From Bacteroidales bacterium (lineage in GTDB: Bacteria; Bacteroidota; Bacteroidia; Bacteroidales; WCHB1-69), in contig JAGCGA010000007.1 in assembly GCA_017649855.1 (NCBI GenBank), positions 65,339 to 129,338 on the forward strand: a DNA stretch of 64,000 nucleotides. Direction: 5' to 3'. The stretch's first letter is position 1; the number at the start of each line of letters is the position of its first letter. The notes below the pieces were generated by a model, which did no database searches, was not told the origin of the DNA, and was given only the letters and a program-made list of their open reading frames with translations. This document shows, one piece after another, positions 9,196 to 18,835 of the stretch. The position numbers and the translations under genes are program-made.

Positions 9196-10476
9196 CTACC
9201 AAGCGAAGAGCGGGCGCTCGCACATCATTTCATTGACTTGCTTGCGGGTCTTGGCAATCAGGTCCTCGTTCTCCACATCGCAGAGGATGGCGTCGATCAT
9301 GGCGACGATACCGTCCATATCGTTCTCTTTCAGACCGCGGGTGGTAATGGCGGGGGTACCGACACGGATACCGGAGGTCTGGAAGGCAGAGCGGGTGTCG
9401 AAGGGAACCATGTTCTTGTTGATGGTGATATCGGCCTTCACGAGGGTGTTCTCAGCCACCTTACCGGTCAGATCCGGGAATTTGGTACGGAGGTCGATGA
9501 GCATCAGGTGGTTGTCAGTGCCATTGGAGATGACCTTGTAGCCTCTCTTGACGAAGGCGTTGGCCATGGCAGCGGCGTTGAGTTTCACCTGTTTTACGTA
9601 TTGAGCATACTCATCGGTCAGAGCCTCACCGAAGGCGACAGCCTTAGCGGCAATCACATGCTCCAGCGGACCACCTTGGCAGCCCGGGAAGACGGCGGAA
9701 TCCAGCATTTGGGACATCATCTTGACGACGCCCTTCGGGGTGGTCTTGCCCCACGGGTTCTCGAAGTCTTTGCCCAGCATGATCAGACCGCCACGAGGTC
9801 CACGAAGGGTCTTGTGGGTAGTGGTCGTCACGATATGGCAATGGGCGATGGCATTGTTCAGGAGACCCTTGGCAATCAAGCCGGCGGGGTGGGAAATGTC
9901 GGCCATCAAGATAGCGCCAACCTTGTCGGCGATCTGACGCATGCGTGCCCAATCCCAGTCGCGGCTGTAGGCAGAGGCACCACCGATGATCAACTTCGGC
10001 TTCTCGCGAAGAGCCACCTCTTCCATCGTGTCATAGTTGACACAACCCGTCTCCTCGTCCACCTGATAAGCCACAGGACGATAGAGGATGCCGGAGGAGT
10101 TCACGGGAGAGCCGTGAGAGAGGTGACCGCCATGGTTCAGGTCGAGGCCCATGAAGGTATCGCCCGGCTGGAGGCAGGTCATCAAGACAGCCATGTTGGC
10201 CTGGGCTCCAGAGTGCGGCTGCACGTTAGCCCACTCACAACCGAAAAGCTTCTTCACACGGTCGATAGCCAGTTGCTCCGACTGGTCCACAATCTGGCAA
10301 CCGCCATAATAACGCTTGCCGGGAAGACCTTCCGCATACTTGTTGGTCATGACAGAACCCATGGCTTCCATCACCTGGTCGCTGACAAAATTCTCGGAGG
10401 CGATCAACTCAATGCCATTTGTCTGGCGTTGACGCTCCTGTTGGATAAGATTGAAAATCTGTTCGTCTCTTTTCAT
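9196..10476 (-). CDS. glyA: serine hydroxymethyltransferase
   Basis: PLP site [14 protein letters not shown]. Full-length 426 aa SHMT pattern. Confidence 0.95.
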   Translation of the reverse strand: MKRDEQIFNLIQQERQRQTNGIELIASENFVSDQVMEAMGSVMTNKYAEGLPGKRYYGGCQIVDQSEQLAIDRVKKLFGCEWANVQPHSGAQANMAVLMTCLQPGDTFMGLDLNHGGHLSHGSPVNSSGILYRPVAYQVDEETGCVNYDTMEEVALREKPKLIIGGASAYSRDWDWARMRQIADKVGAILMADISHPAGLIAKGLLNNAIAHCHIVTTTTHKTLRGPRGGLIMLGKDFENPWGKTTPKGVVKMMSQMLDSAVFPGCQGGPLEHVIAAKAVAFGEALTDEYAQYVKQVKLNAAAMANAFVKRGYKVISNGTDNHLMLIDLRTKFPDLTGKVAENTLVKADITINKNMVPFDTRSAFQTSGIRVGTPAITTRGLKENDMDGIVAMIDAILCDVENEDLIAKTRKQVNEMMCERPLFAW

Positions 10477-10555
10477 ACTTCTTTTTATATTAATTAATTG
10501 ATTTGTAATGACTTAAAAATACAACCTTGGAAAAACAAAAATACAATATTTTTAA

Positions 10556-10563
10556 TATCTTTG
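10556..10563 (+). promoter_or_regulatory. -7 box TATCTTTG
   Basis: 59 nt upstream of the DUF349 ATG at 10622. Confidence 0.45.
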
Positions 10564-10621
10564 CGCCTCATTTTATAAACAATCTTTATTCTAATTTTTA
10601 TTCAAAAATCTAACAAGAATT

Positions 10622-12787
10622 ATGGAACAACAAGAACTTCTTCACCAAGAGAATTCTGAGAATCAGAATGCAGAGGTGAACTCTGGCGCTTCCGTAGAGG
10701 AAGCCACCGTCATTGCGTCAACAGAAACTCCCGCACCTGCAGAGGAAACTGAACCCACCGTTTCTGTACCGGAGGAGCCCGTAGCAGCCGTCGCTGAAGA
10801 GCCGGCGCCTGCCGAGGAACCGGCAGCTGAGGCTGAAGCTGAGGCAGCACCCGCACCCGTTGAGGAGCCTGCACCCGTTGAGGAGCCTGCAGCCGCCCCA
10901 GAGAGCGAAGAGAAGCCGGAAGCAGAAGAACCCGCGCCCGTAGAGGAGACCGTTGAGCAGGTGGAAGCCGAGTATGCCAACTTCGACCTGGAGCAATCCA
11001 TCGCAGAAGTGGAGAGACTCGTCGAAGAGCCCAACTTCAACCTCATCAAGACACGTATGGGCGTGTTGAGAACCAAGATCATTGAATTTTTCCGGGAGCG
11101 CAAGCGTGCTGCCGAGGCTGCCTACGAAGAGGCCCTCAAGTCAGCCCAAAACGCCACGGAGGAGAACCCTGAGGCAGCCACCGAGGTGGAGGCCCCCTCT
11201 TCCGAACCCGACCAATATGAAGTGCGCTTCAACAACGCATTCCAGAAATACAAAGACTCCAAGGCCAAATTCATCGCCGCTTTAGAGGCACAGAAGGTGA
11301 AGAACCTGGAGGCCAAGAACCAGATACTGGACAAACTGAAGAACCTCATCGAGACAGAGTCTCACCTGAAGACCCTGAACGACAAGTTCAAAGAGCTGCA
11401 AGAGGAGTGGAAGAACATCGGACCGGTGCCGCAAACGGAGTCAGCCACGCTCTGGCAGAACTACCACTTCTACGTGGAGAAATTCTTCGACATCCTCCGT
11501 ATCAACAAAGAGATGCGCACCTTGGATCTGAAGAAGAACATGGAGAGCAAGCTGGAGTTGTGCGAAAAGGCAGAGTCTTTGTTGTTAAACGACTCTATCA
11601 ACCAATCATTCAGAGACTTGCAAGCCTTGCACGAGCAATGGAAAGAGATCGGGCCGGTTCCCGAGGAGAAGAAAGAGGAGCTGTGGGAGCGTTTCAAAGC
11701 CGCTTCCGACCAGATCAACCAGCGCAGAAAAGACTATTACGACAAGTTGTTCGAAGAAGAGCAGAACAACTACAATGCCAAGGTTGTGCTTTGCGAGCAA
11801 GCCGAGGACATCGTTGCCAAAGGCTCCGAATCCGTCAAAGACTACAATGAGATCAGCGACAAGCTGACCGAGTTGTTGAACATGTGGAAGACCTTAGGAC
11901 CGGCTCCTGCCAAGCTCAACGACGAGATCTGGAACCGTTTCAAGTCCACCTTGGACAAGTTCTTCGGACAGAAGAAAGAGTACTTCCAGCAAATCAAGGA
12001 TTCGCAGATGCAGAACTACAACCAGAAGTTGAATCTGGCCATCCAGGCGGAGGGCATTGCCGACCGTACGGACTGGAAAGAGGCGACCAACGACATTCTG
12101 AAACTGCAAACCGAATGGAAGAGCATCGGGGCCACCCCGCGCAAATACTCCGACCAGATATGGAAGCGTTTCCGCGCCGCCTGCGACAAGTTCTTTGAGG
12201 CTAAAGCCAACTATTTCAACAACATCCAGGATGTAGAGGCTGAAAACCTGAAGAAGAAAGAGGAGCTCATCGAGAAGATCCTCAACCATGAGTTCGGCGA
12301 TGATCGAAACGCCAACATGGAAGTCATCAAACAATACCAGAACGAGTGGATCCAGATCGGCTTTGTGCCCAGAAAGGACAAAGACCGCGTTTACAGCGAG
12401 TACCGCGCCGCTTTGGACAAGCGTTTTGCCGAGTTGAAGATCAGTGCCAGCGACTTGAGAAACAACCGTTTCAGAAACAAGATTGACAACATCCTCAACG
12501 ACCCGAACGCCGACCGTATCATTGACAAGGAGAAGAACTTCCTCAAGAACAAGCTGCAGAAGCTGAAAGAAGACATCACCTTGTGGGAAAACAACTTAGG
12601 TTTCTTCTCCAACTCCAAGAATGCTGAAATCATCACGGCTGAGTTCCGCAAGAAGATCGACGCTGCCAAGGAGGAAATCAAGGATTTGGAATACAAGATC
12701 CGCATGATGAACGCCCCCAAGAAGGAGGCCACTCCCGAGGAGCCTGCCGAGGCCAGTGAAGCCGCTGCGGACACCAACGAGCAATAA
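10622..12787 (+). CDS. DUF349 repeat protein with acidic Pro/Ala/Glu-rich N-terminus
   Basis: Repeated blocks of type LHEQWKEIGPVPEEKKEELWERFKAA.D.F (at least 5 copies). N-terminal roughly 110 aa of EEPAPAEEPAA repeats. Confidence 0.8.
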   Translation: MEQQELLHQENSENQNAEVNSGASVEEATVIASTETPAPAEETEPTVSVPEEPVAAVAEEPAPAEEPAAEAEAEAAPAPVEEPAPVEEPAAAPESEEKPEAEEPAPVEETVEQVEAEYANFDLEQSIAEVERLVEEPNFNLIKTRMGVLRTKIIEFFRERKRAAEAAYEEALKSAQNATEENPEAATEVEAPSSEPDQYEVRFNNAFQKYKDSKAKFIAALEAQKVKNLEAKNQILDKLKNLIETESHLKTLNDKFKELQEEWKNIGPVPQTESATLWQNYHFYVEKFFDILRINKEMRTLDLKKNMESKLELCEKAESLLLNDSINQSFRDLQALHEQWKEIGPVPEEKKEELWERFKAASDQINQRRKDYYDKLFEEEQNNYNAKVVLCEQAEDIVAKGSESVKDYNEISDKLTELLNMWKTLGPAPAKLNDEIWNRFKSTLDKFFGQKKEYFQQIKDSQMQNYNQKLNLAIQAEGIADRTDWKEATNDILKLQTEWKSIGATPRKYSDQIWKRFRAACDKFFEAKANYFNNIQDVEAENLKKKEELIEKILNHEFGDDRNANMEVIKQYQNEWIQIGFVPRKDKDRVYSEYRAALDKRFAELKISASDLRNNRFRNKIDNILNDPNADRIIDKEKNFLKNKLQKLKEDITLWENNLGFFSNSKNAEIITAEFRKKIDAAKEEIKDLEYKIRMMNAPKKEATPEEPAEASEAAADTNEQ

Positions 12788-12791
12788 CAAT

Positions 12792-13247
12792 ATGAAACGT
12801 CACATCCTGTTTCTAGGAATACTATGCCTTACCTTTTTATCAGCGGCTGGACAGTCGGCCGCTGATAAAATCATAGGCACCTATTATATCTCGGACGACA
12901 GTTCTGATGAGGATTGCAAGATCAAGATCTACAAGACCTCCTCGGGCACTTATGAAGGTCGTATCTTCTGGGTCAAGAATCCCCTTTTCAAGGACGGCAC
13001 TCCCAAGCGCGACATCATGAACCCGAACCCAGCCAAGCGCGACACGCCAGGCGACAAGATCCAGCTGTTATTCCACTTCAAATATGACGCCAAGCAGGGC
13101 AAATGGGTGGATGGCGAGATATACGACCCGATACATGGCAAGTATTACAAGAGCAAGATGTGGTTTGAGAGCGAGAAAAAACTTCGGGTGCGCGGCTATA
13201 TCGGCGTCCCCGCTTTAGGGCGCACCATGGTCTGGGATAAACTATAG
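12792..13247 (+). CDS. DUF2147 domain protein (secreted)
   Basis: Signal peptide MKRHILFLGILCLTFLSAAGQ. IIGTYY...GRIFW...GEIYDP..GK.Y..KMW pattern. Start moved to ATG 12792. Confidence 0.7.
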   Translation: MKRHILFLGILCLTFLSAAGQSAADKIIGTYYISDDSSDEDCKIKIYKTSSGTYEGRIFWVKNPLFKDGTPKRDIMNPNPAKRDTPGDKIQLLFHFKYDAKQGKWVDGEIYDPIHGKYYKSKMWFESEKKLRVRGYIGVPALGRTMVWDKL

Positions 13248-13253
13248 TCACCG

Positions 13254-13649
13254 ATGGAAAACCTGCACATCAGAATCGACAAATGGCTATGGATGGTGCG
13301 GCTCTTCAAGACCCGCTCCCTGGCTACCGAGGCATGCAACGCCGGCAAGGTGAAATGCAACGGTGTCAACGTCAAGCCTTCCAAGGAGGTCAAGACGGAA
13401 GAGGAATACGAGGTGCACATCGGGACGCTCAACAAGCAAGTGCGGGTCCTCGGCACGCCCAAGAGCCGTGTGGGGGCAGCCCTAGTCCCGGACTATTGCG
13501 AAGACCTCACCCCACAGGAGGAGTATGACCGCATGAAGACCCTCCACACCTATGAATATCGGCCGCACGGACTGGGACGCCCCACCAAACGCGACCGCCG
13601 ACAGCTGGAATACATCAAGTCGATGATGGGAGACGGGGAGGAGTTTTGA
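13254..13649 (+). CDS. hslR: S4-domain RNA-binding protein (Hsp15/HslR-like)
   Basis: N-terminal RIDKWLWMVRLFKTRSLATEACNAGKVKCNG is an S4 motif. Confidence 0.7.
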   Translation: MENLHIRIDKWLWMVRLFKTRSLATEACNAGKVKCNGVNVKPSKEVKTEEEYEVHIGTLNKQVRVLGTPKSRVGAALVPDYCEDLTPQEEYDRMKTLHTYEYRPHGLGRPTKRDRRQLEYIKSMMGDGEEF

Positions 13650-13736
13650 CCTTGAACTTTGACCTTGAACTTTGACTTTGAACTTTGACTTTGAACTTTG
13701 ACCTTGAACTTTGACTTTGGCCTTTAGCATTTTGGT
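13645..13736. repeat. A-type array: six 13-mers TTTGACYTTGAAC plus TTTAGCA TTTTGGT tail
   Basis: Units at 13645, 13658, 13671, 13684, 13697, 13710. Read directly. Confidence 0.9.
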
Positions 13737-13760
13737 AAAACAACGATAAACATCATAATT

Positions 13761-14681
13761 ATGACAAAAGAGGATTTAGTGAATGAAATCAAGCGTTTGC
13801 GTGAAGAAAAGAACGCGATCATTTTAGCGCATTACTACACCCTGCCCGAGGTACAGGAGATTGCCGATTTCGTAGGCGACAGTCTGGCCCTTGCCAGGAA
13901 GGCCGCCAGCACCGATGCCAGCATCATCCTGTTTGCCGGCGTGCACTTCATGGCGGAGACCGCCAAGATCCTGAATCCGGACAAGAAGGTGCTGGTGCCC
14001 GACATGAGCGCCGGCTGCTGTCTTGCCGACAGCTGTCTCGCCGCCGACCTGGCCCGTTTCAAAGAGGAGCATCCAGACTATCTCGTCCTGTCGTATGTCA
14101 ACTGCACTGCGGCAGTCAAGGCACTCTCCGACCTGATTGTCACCTCCGGCAACGCCCTGAAGCTCGTCAACACTCTGCCCAAAGATGCCAAGATACTCTT
14201 CACCCCCGACCAGAACTTAGGTGACTACATCAACCGTCAGACGGGTCGGCAGATGTTGCTGTGGGACGGCATGTGCCGCATCCACGACCACTACACCCTT
14301 GAGGATTTGGCCTTGCTGAGAGAGTCCTACCCCGGCGTAAAGGTAGTGGCCCATCCGGAATGCCGCCGCGAGTTTCTGGCACAAGTCGACTTTGTAGGCT
14401 CCACCGCCGCCATGATCAACTACATCTCCGAGAGTCCTGACCAGGAGTTCATCGTGGCCACGGAAAGCGGCATCCTCCATGAACTGAAGAAACGCAACCC
14501 GGGCAAGACCTTCCACACGCTCTACAACGGCGACCTGGCCCACGACTGCGGAAGCATGAAGAAGAACAACCTGGAGAATATCTACAAGGCGCTGCTCAAC
14601 GAAGATCCGGAGCTGACAATGGATCCGGAGCTGATGGCAAAATCCTTGGCTCCGATACAAAAGATGCTGGAGTTATCGTAG
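13761..14681 (+). CDS. nadA: quinolinate synthase
   Basis: ILAHYY, VHFMAETAKILNP, VVAHPEC. 306 aa. Confidence 0.9.
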   Translation: MTKEDLVNEIKRLREEKNAIILAHYYTLPEVQEIADFVGDSLALARKAASTDASIILFAGVHFMAETAKILNPDKKVLVPDMSAGCCLADSCLAADLARFKEEHPDYLVLSYVNCTAAVKALSDLIVTSGNALKLVNTLPKDAKILFTPDQNLGDYINRQTGRQMLLWDGMCRIHDHYTLEDLALLRESYPGVKVVAHPECRREFLAQVDFVGSTAAMINYISESPDQEFIVATESGILHELKKRNPGKTFHTLYNGDLAHDCGSMKKNNLENIYKALLNEDPELTMDPELMAKSLAPIQKMLELS

Positions 14682-14737
14682 GCCATTGGCTGTTAGCTGT
14701 TAGCCATTGGCTATTAGCCTTTGGCTGTTGGCCTCAG
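14682..14737. repeat. B-type array: eight heptads GCYRTTR
   Basis: GCCATTG GCTGTTA GCTGTTA GCCATTG GCTATTA GCCTTTG GCTGTTG GCCTCAG. Confidence 0.9.
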
Positions 14738-15652
14738 GTATTCCAAGGAAAGGGCAAAGAAGGGGTTGAAGTCGTTGATTCTGAGCAGTGTTTTCAACTC
14801 AGAAGCCTCTATTCCTGCAAAGGAGGCATAATAGTGCCATAGCTCCTTCAAGATGAAGAGGGTGCTTTTTTCTTTGCGGGTTTCCAGCAGTTCATCGGCA
14901 TAGCGCTGATAATAGCGCAAAAATCTCTCTTGCTTGTCGCAACTGTTCATCCCTTTCATTTCTTCTGCCAAAAAAGGATTGCAGAGGATCGGGCGTCCCA
15001 GCATCCAGTCCTGGACCTCCGGGAACCGCGCCTGGAGCTGGCGGTACGTTTCCACGGTCCACACGTCACCACTGTAGATGACGCGATGGGTAGTATGTCG
15101 AAGGCAATCGGCAAAAGCTTCCAAGTCGGGGACGCCATCGTAGAGCTGCTCACCTAAACGGGGATGGATCACGATGTATTCGAGTGGATAGTGTTGCATC
15201 CGCTCCAAGATGGCGAGGCTCTCGGACTTGTCATGCAGTCCCAGCCTCATCTTCAAAGAGAACTGGAAGGGGGTCTGTTCGGTGACAGCCCGGACGACTG
15301 CCTCCACGATTTCGGGATGGGGCATCACGCCGCAGCCGCGCGTGCGTCGTACCACCTGCGCCACGGGACAGCCGATATTCCAATTGAAGGAGGTATAGCC
15401 ATATTCATCGTGCAGCTCCCGCATCGTGTCCACAAAATGGGCCGGGTTGTTGCCCATCAGCTGCGGGGTCATCGGCCGACAGGCATTGTTCTGCGGCCAC
15501 AGATCCTTCCACTTCTTCACGTTGAGCTTGGCATGCTCCTGCACGGGCAAGAAAGGGGCAATAAAATTGTCTATGCCACCGACATGGCGACATAGACAAT
15601 TTCTGAATTGATAGTTCGTAATCCCGTCCAGGGGCGCTAACCAGACAAGCAT
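14714..15652 (-). CDS. tRNA-dihydrouridine synthase family protein
   Basis: LAPLDGITNYQFRN N-terminus and TIM-barrel Dus-like layout. The last ~7 codons lie inside the heptad repeat 14682-14737. Confidence 0.6.
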   Translation of the reverse strand: MLVWLAPLDGITNYQFRNCLCRHVGGIDNFIAPFLPVQEHAKLNVKKWKDLWPQNNACRPMTPQLMGNNPAHFVDTMRELHDEYGYTSFNWNIGCPVAQVVRRTRGCGVMPHPEIVEAVVRAVTEQTPFQFSLKMRLGLHDKSESLAILERMQHYPLEYIVIHPRLGEQLYDGVPDLEAFADCLRHTTHRVIYSGDVWTVETYRQLQARFPEVQDWMLGRPILCNPFLAEEMKGMNSCDKQERFLRYYQRYADELLETRKEKSTLFILKELWHYYASFAGIEASELKTLLRINDFNPFFALSLEYLRPTAKG

Positions 15653-16618
15653 CTATCTGACGATCACCTTTTGGGTAATGGTTTGAGAATCAGACTGCAG
15701 ACTCAGCATATAAACACCCGCCGGCAAGGCAGATACAGAGATCTGCTCTTGGCCCTCGCCGTTGCCGGACAGCAGCAGACGGCCTGTCAGATCGTGCAGC
15801 TGATAGTGGAAGCCTCCTTCGGGGGATTGGATGGTCAGCTGGTCCTCTGCCGGATTCGGGAAAATAGCGAAACGCTTTTCCTGATGATCTTCCACGGCGA
15901 CATTTTCATAGTACAGCGTCACATCATCCACAATCAGGGTCGTATTCTCATGCGTTTGGAGTCCGCCGGCCACGACAATGATACAGATGCTGTCGCATGC
16001 AGCCAAAGGGCTATCGAACTGTGCTTCAATCTGGGTGTAATCATTCATCGTGGCACCGGTTGTATAATATGCGTAGGAAACGGGAGTTCCGTTACTCTTG
16101 GTGAAGGCCGTCACGATGAGGGAGTCGCCTTCCTCGGGTTGGTATTTCACCCACATCTTGATGCTATACGGAGTGGTCGTGCATGCATCGCCGGGTGCCA
16201 CCATTCCTGCCAAGGAAGAGAGGGTGGAGACATCACTAAAATCGATGTCCGAAAAGTTGCCTTGGGCGATATCCATAATCAGGGACATGGGGATGTTGAA
16301 CCCATTGGAGGTACCCAGTTGGGCAATGCCGGGCAGCAGATAGCTGTATTCGGTGCCGGGGATGCCGAAGGTGGCAGGACGCAATTGCAATGCCCGCGAG
16401 CCACTATGAGCATCGGAGGTGGAGGATCCGAAGCTCACGGAAACAGGAATGGGCACCTCAACACCAAAAAGTTCCGTCAGGATATTACCATTCAAGCCAG
16501 TGGTCCAGGATGTCGGCTGGTTATTACTCCAACTTTCGAAACCGTTGTTGGGTACCACTTGAGCGCTCAAGATGCCAACAGACAGCGCGATAAAAAGGGT
16601 AAAAATTGTCTTCTTCAT
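15653..16618 (-). CDS. T9SS type A sorting-domain protein (PCMD-like N-domain)
   Basis: Signal peptide. NNGFESWSNNQPTSWTT. C-terminal FPNPAEDQLTIQ...AGVYMLSLQSD.QTITQKVIV is a typical Por-secretion CTD. Confidence 0.7.
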   Translation of the reverse strand: MKKTIFTLFIALSVGILSAQVVPNNGFESWSNNQPTSWTTGLNGNILTELFGVEVPIPVSVSFGSSTSDAHSGSRALQLRPATFGIPGTEYSYLLPGIAQLGTSNGFNIPMSLIMDIAQGNFSDIDFSDVSTLSSLAGMVAPGDACTTTPYSIKMWVKYQPEEGDSLIVTAFTKSNGTPVSYAYYTTGATMNDYTQIEAQFDSPLAACDSICIIVVAGGLQTHENTTLIVDDVTLYYENVAVEDHQEKRFAIFPNPAEDQLTIQSPEGGFHYQLHDLTGRLLLSGNGEGQEQISVSALPAGVYMLSLQSDSQTITQKVIVR

Positions 16619-16675
16619 TATGAAATAGATTTTAAGGTTTTATGCGTGCAAATATACAGTTTTATTTAATACCAA

Positions 16676-16742
16676 GTTGAACTTTGGCTGTTGGCCATTA
16701 GCCATTAGCTGTCACTTCTAACTGTCAACTGCCAACTAACTA
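16676..16742. repeat. compact composite A-B-C element
   Basis: GTTGAACTTTG, then GCTGTTG GCCATTA GCCATTA GCTGTCA, then CTTCTAA CTGTCAA CTGCCAA CTAACTA. Confidence 0.85.
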
Positions 16743-17924
16743 TATTGCTCCCAGGATGGCGGCGATGGCGACACCCAGGTAGTTGCCGATGGCGTAGCCG
16801 ACCAAGCCGATCACGATGCCGCTCAACAGGACTTTGCGGTTGCCGAGGGCCTCCACGATCGGGGGCACGAAGGGCGGCGAGCAGAGCAGGCTGATATGGC
16901 CCACCGTGAAGAGGTCACCATTCACCTTGAAGATACGGCAAATGATGATGTGCAGCACGATGGAGATCAGCATGACAAAGAGGATGTACCACATGATGGT
17001 CAGCGTGGATCTGTTGATTGCATAGATGTTGAACTGGGAAGATACCGCCACGCTGAAGATAAGGATGAAGAACATACCCAGCTCGAACGTCTTGGGCAGG
17101 TCGCGCACCTTCTGGCTAAAGGAAGCGATGATAGACAAGGTGGTGATGGTCAGGATGACCACCAGCTCATTAAGTTTATGGGTCAACAGGAGTGAGAGGC
17201 CAGCGCCGATTGCCAGGAAGAGCACCGAGAGCAGCAGTCCCAGCATCATCTTCCCAAAGGTGCCGCGTTTGAACATCCCCTTATAGTTCTCGAAAGAATC
17301 GTCTTCGAGATGCATTTCAGGAGTAGTCGTCTCTTCAGCAGATGCGGCATCGGGATAGGGCATCAGTTTGCGGAACAGTTTATAGCCACCGGCCACGATA
17401 AAGAGGATGAAGGGGAAGGTGACGATCTCCTCAAAGGTCAGGGTCAGCACGATGAGGCTGGGATCCACGTCCAGGGCGAGGCCGAGGGAGTTGAAGTTCA
17501 TGGTGCCGCCCGTGTAGATACCGGTCATCATGGCAGCAACCTTCTCGAACTGCGGGACATCCTGATTCCGGAAGACGAAGTAGCCGGCCACCAAGGCCAC
17601 CAGCACCGAGAAGATGCCGCCGAGCAGGACGGCCATCGTCTTGGGCAGTGATTTCGTCCACAGTTTGAAGTCCGAATTGAAGAGCATCAGGGGAATAGCC
17701 AAGGGCACGGTGATGTTCATGAGCAGTTTCTGCCAGGAGGCCAGTTGCTCGGCGCCAGGCTCTGTACCCGTGGGGAGGATGCCGGTCAGCGCGATGATGA
17801 TACCCACGGCATAGGCCATCATGACCGTGCCGATCTTCTGGGTCCATTTCACCTTGGAAAAAAGCAGGATAATCAGCACCGGGAAGAGGATATATCCTGC
17901 AAGCATTGCGATAGAGATTGCCAT
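16740..17924 (-). CDS. polytopic membrane protein (DUF819-like)
   Basis: About 11 hydrophobic segments. Start set to MAISIAML (17924). Family call from memory only. Confidence 0.45.
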   Translation of the reverse strand: MAISIAMLAGYILFPVLIILLFSKVKWTQKIGTVMMAYAVGIIIALTGILPTGTEPGAEQLASWQKLLMNITVPLAIPLMLFNSDFKLWTKSLPKTMAVLLGGIFSVLVALVAGYFVFRNQDVPQFEKVAAMMTGIYTGGTMNFNSLGLALDVDPSLIVLTLTFEEIVTFPFILFIVAGGYKLFRKLMPYPDAASAEETTTPEMHLEDDSFENYKGMFKRGTFGKMMLGLLLSVLFLAIGAGLSLLLTHKLNELVVILTITTLSIIASFSQKVRDLPKTFELGMFFILIFSVAVSSQFNIYAINRSTLTIMWYILFVMLISIVLHIIICRIFKVNGDLFTVGHISLLCSPPFVPPIVEALGNRKVLLSGIVIGLVGYAIGNYLGVAIAAILGAI

Positions 17925-17984
17925 ATTGATAATTTTCTTGAATGATTCTATGAAAAAGAAGTCGCAAACATACAAAAAATTCTA

Positions 17985-17992
17985 TACCTTTG
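17985..17992 (+). promoter_or_regulatory. -7 box TACCTTTG
   Basis: 46 nt upstream of the pepE ATG at 18038. Confidence 0.45.
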
Positions 17993-18037
17993 CACCGCAA
18001 TTTTTCACGAACATTAATCACCTAAACCATATCATTT

Positions 18038-18784
18038 ATGAAACTGTTATTAATCAGCAATTCCACCAACTACAAAGAGCCTTACCTCTCCTGGTGCATG
18101 CCGTTATTAGAGGAGTTTTTGCAAAAGACCGCCAAGAAGATCGTCTTCATCCCGTACGCCGGGGTCGATGTGGGCGGCAAGGTCTATCCCGAGAGCTACG
18201 AAGCCTACACGGAGCGTGTGCAGAAGGTCTTCAAGATTTTTGGCAAGACCATCGTATCCGTTCATGCGGCCAAGGACCCTGTGGATCTGGTGAATCATGC
18301 CGACCTCATCATGGTGGGCGGTGGCAACACCTTCCATCTGGTGGCGGAGCTGCACCGCAACAAGCTCATCGAGCCCATCCGCCGCAAGGTGATGGAGGGC
18401 ACACCCTATATCGGCTGGAGTGCCGGCTCCAACGTGGCCTGCCCTACCCTATGCACTACCAACGACATGCCCATCGTGATGCCGGAGAGCTTCCAGTGCC
18501 TTGACTTGGTGCCCTTCCAGATCAACCCGCACTATATCGATCCCTATCCGGAGGAGATCAACGACCGCATCCGCCATGGTGGCGAGACCCGTCAGGTGCG
18601 TCTGAATGAGTACCTGGCCGTCAACCAGTACAAGACCGTCGCCGGCCTGCGCGAAGGCACTGCCCTGTGGGTGGAGAACGAGCGCATCACCCTGCGCGGC
18701 ACCCGCAACATGATCGTGCTGCGCTATGGCAAGAAGCCCGTGGAGAAGAAGCCCGGCGCCGAGTTCGGTTTTGATTTGAAATAA
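18038..18784 (+). CDS. pepE: dipeptidase E (peptidase S51)
   Basis: LLLISNS, VGGGNTFHL, GWSAGSN nucleophile region. Confidence 0.8.
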   Translation: MKLLLISNSTNYKEPYLSWCMPLLEEFLQKTAKKIVFIPYAGVDVGGKVYPESYEAYTERVQKVFKIFGKTIVSVHAAKDPVDLVNHADLIMVGGGNTFHLVAELHRNKLIEPIRRKVMEGTPYIGWSAGSNVACPTLCTTNDMPIVMPESFQCLDLVPFQINPHYIDPYPEEINDRIRHGGETRQVRLNEYLAVNQYKTVAGLREGTALWVENERITLRGTRNMIVLRYGKKPVEKKPGAEFGFDLK

Positions 18785-18835
18785 CACAGTCTGTCAAGGG
18801 ACTTTCTTGAAGGTCTGGCTGCTAACACCGCCAAC

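Noticed and set aside
9238-10497. 419-aa plus-strand ORF covering all of glyA
   Set aside because: It is antisense to an unmistakable SHMT gene. The translation is G/D/H/L/V-rich low complexity, typical of the reverse frame of a GC3-rich gene, and has no motifs.
13482-13730. 82-aa minus-strand ORF (MLKAKVKVQGQSSKSKFKVKVQGQ...)
   Set aside because: It exists only because the minus strand of the A-type repeat lacks stop codons. It overlaps the 3-prime end of the S4-domain gene.
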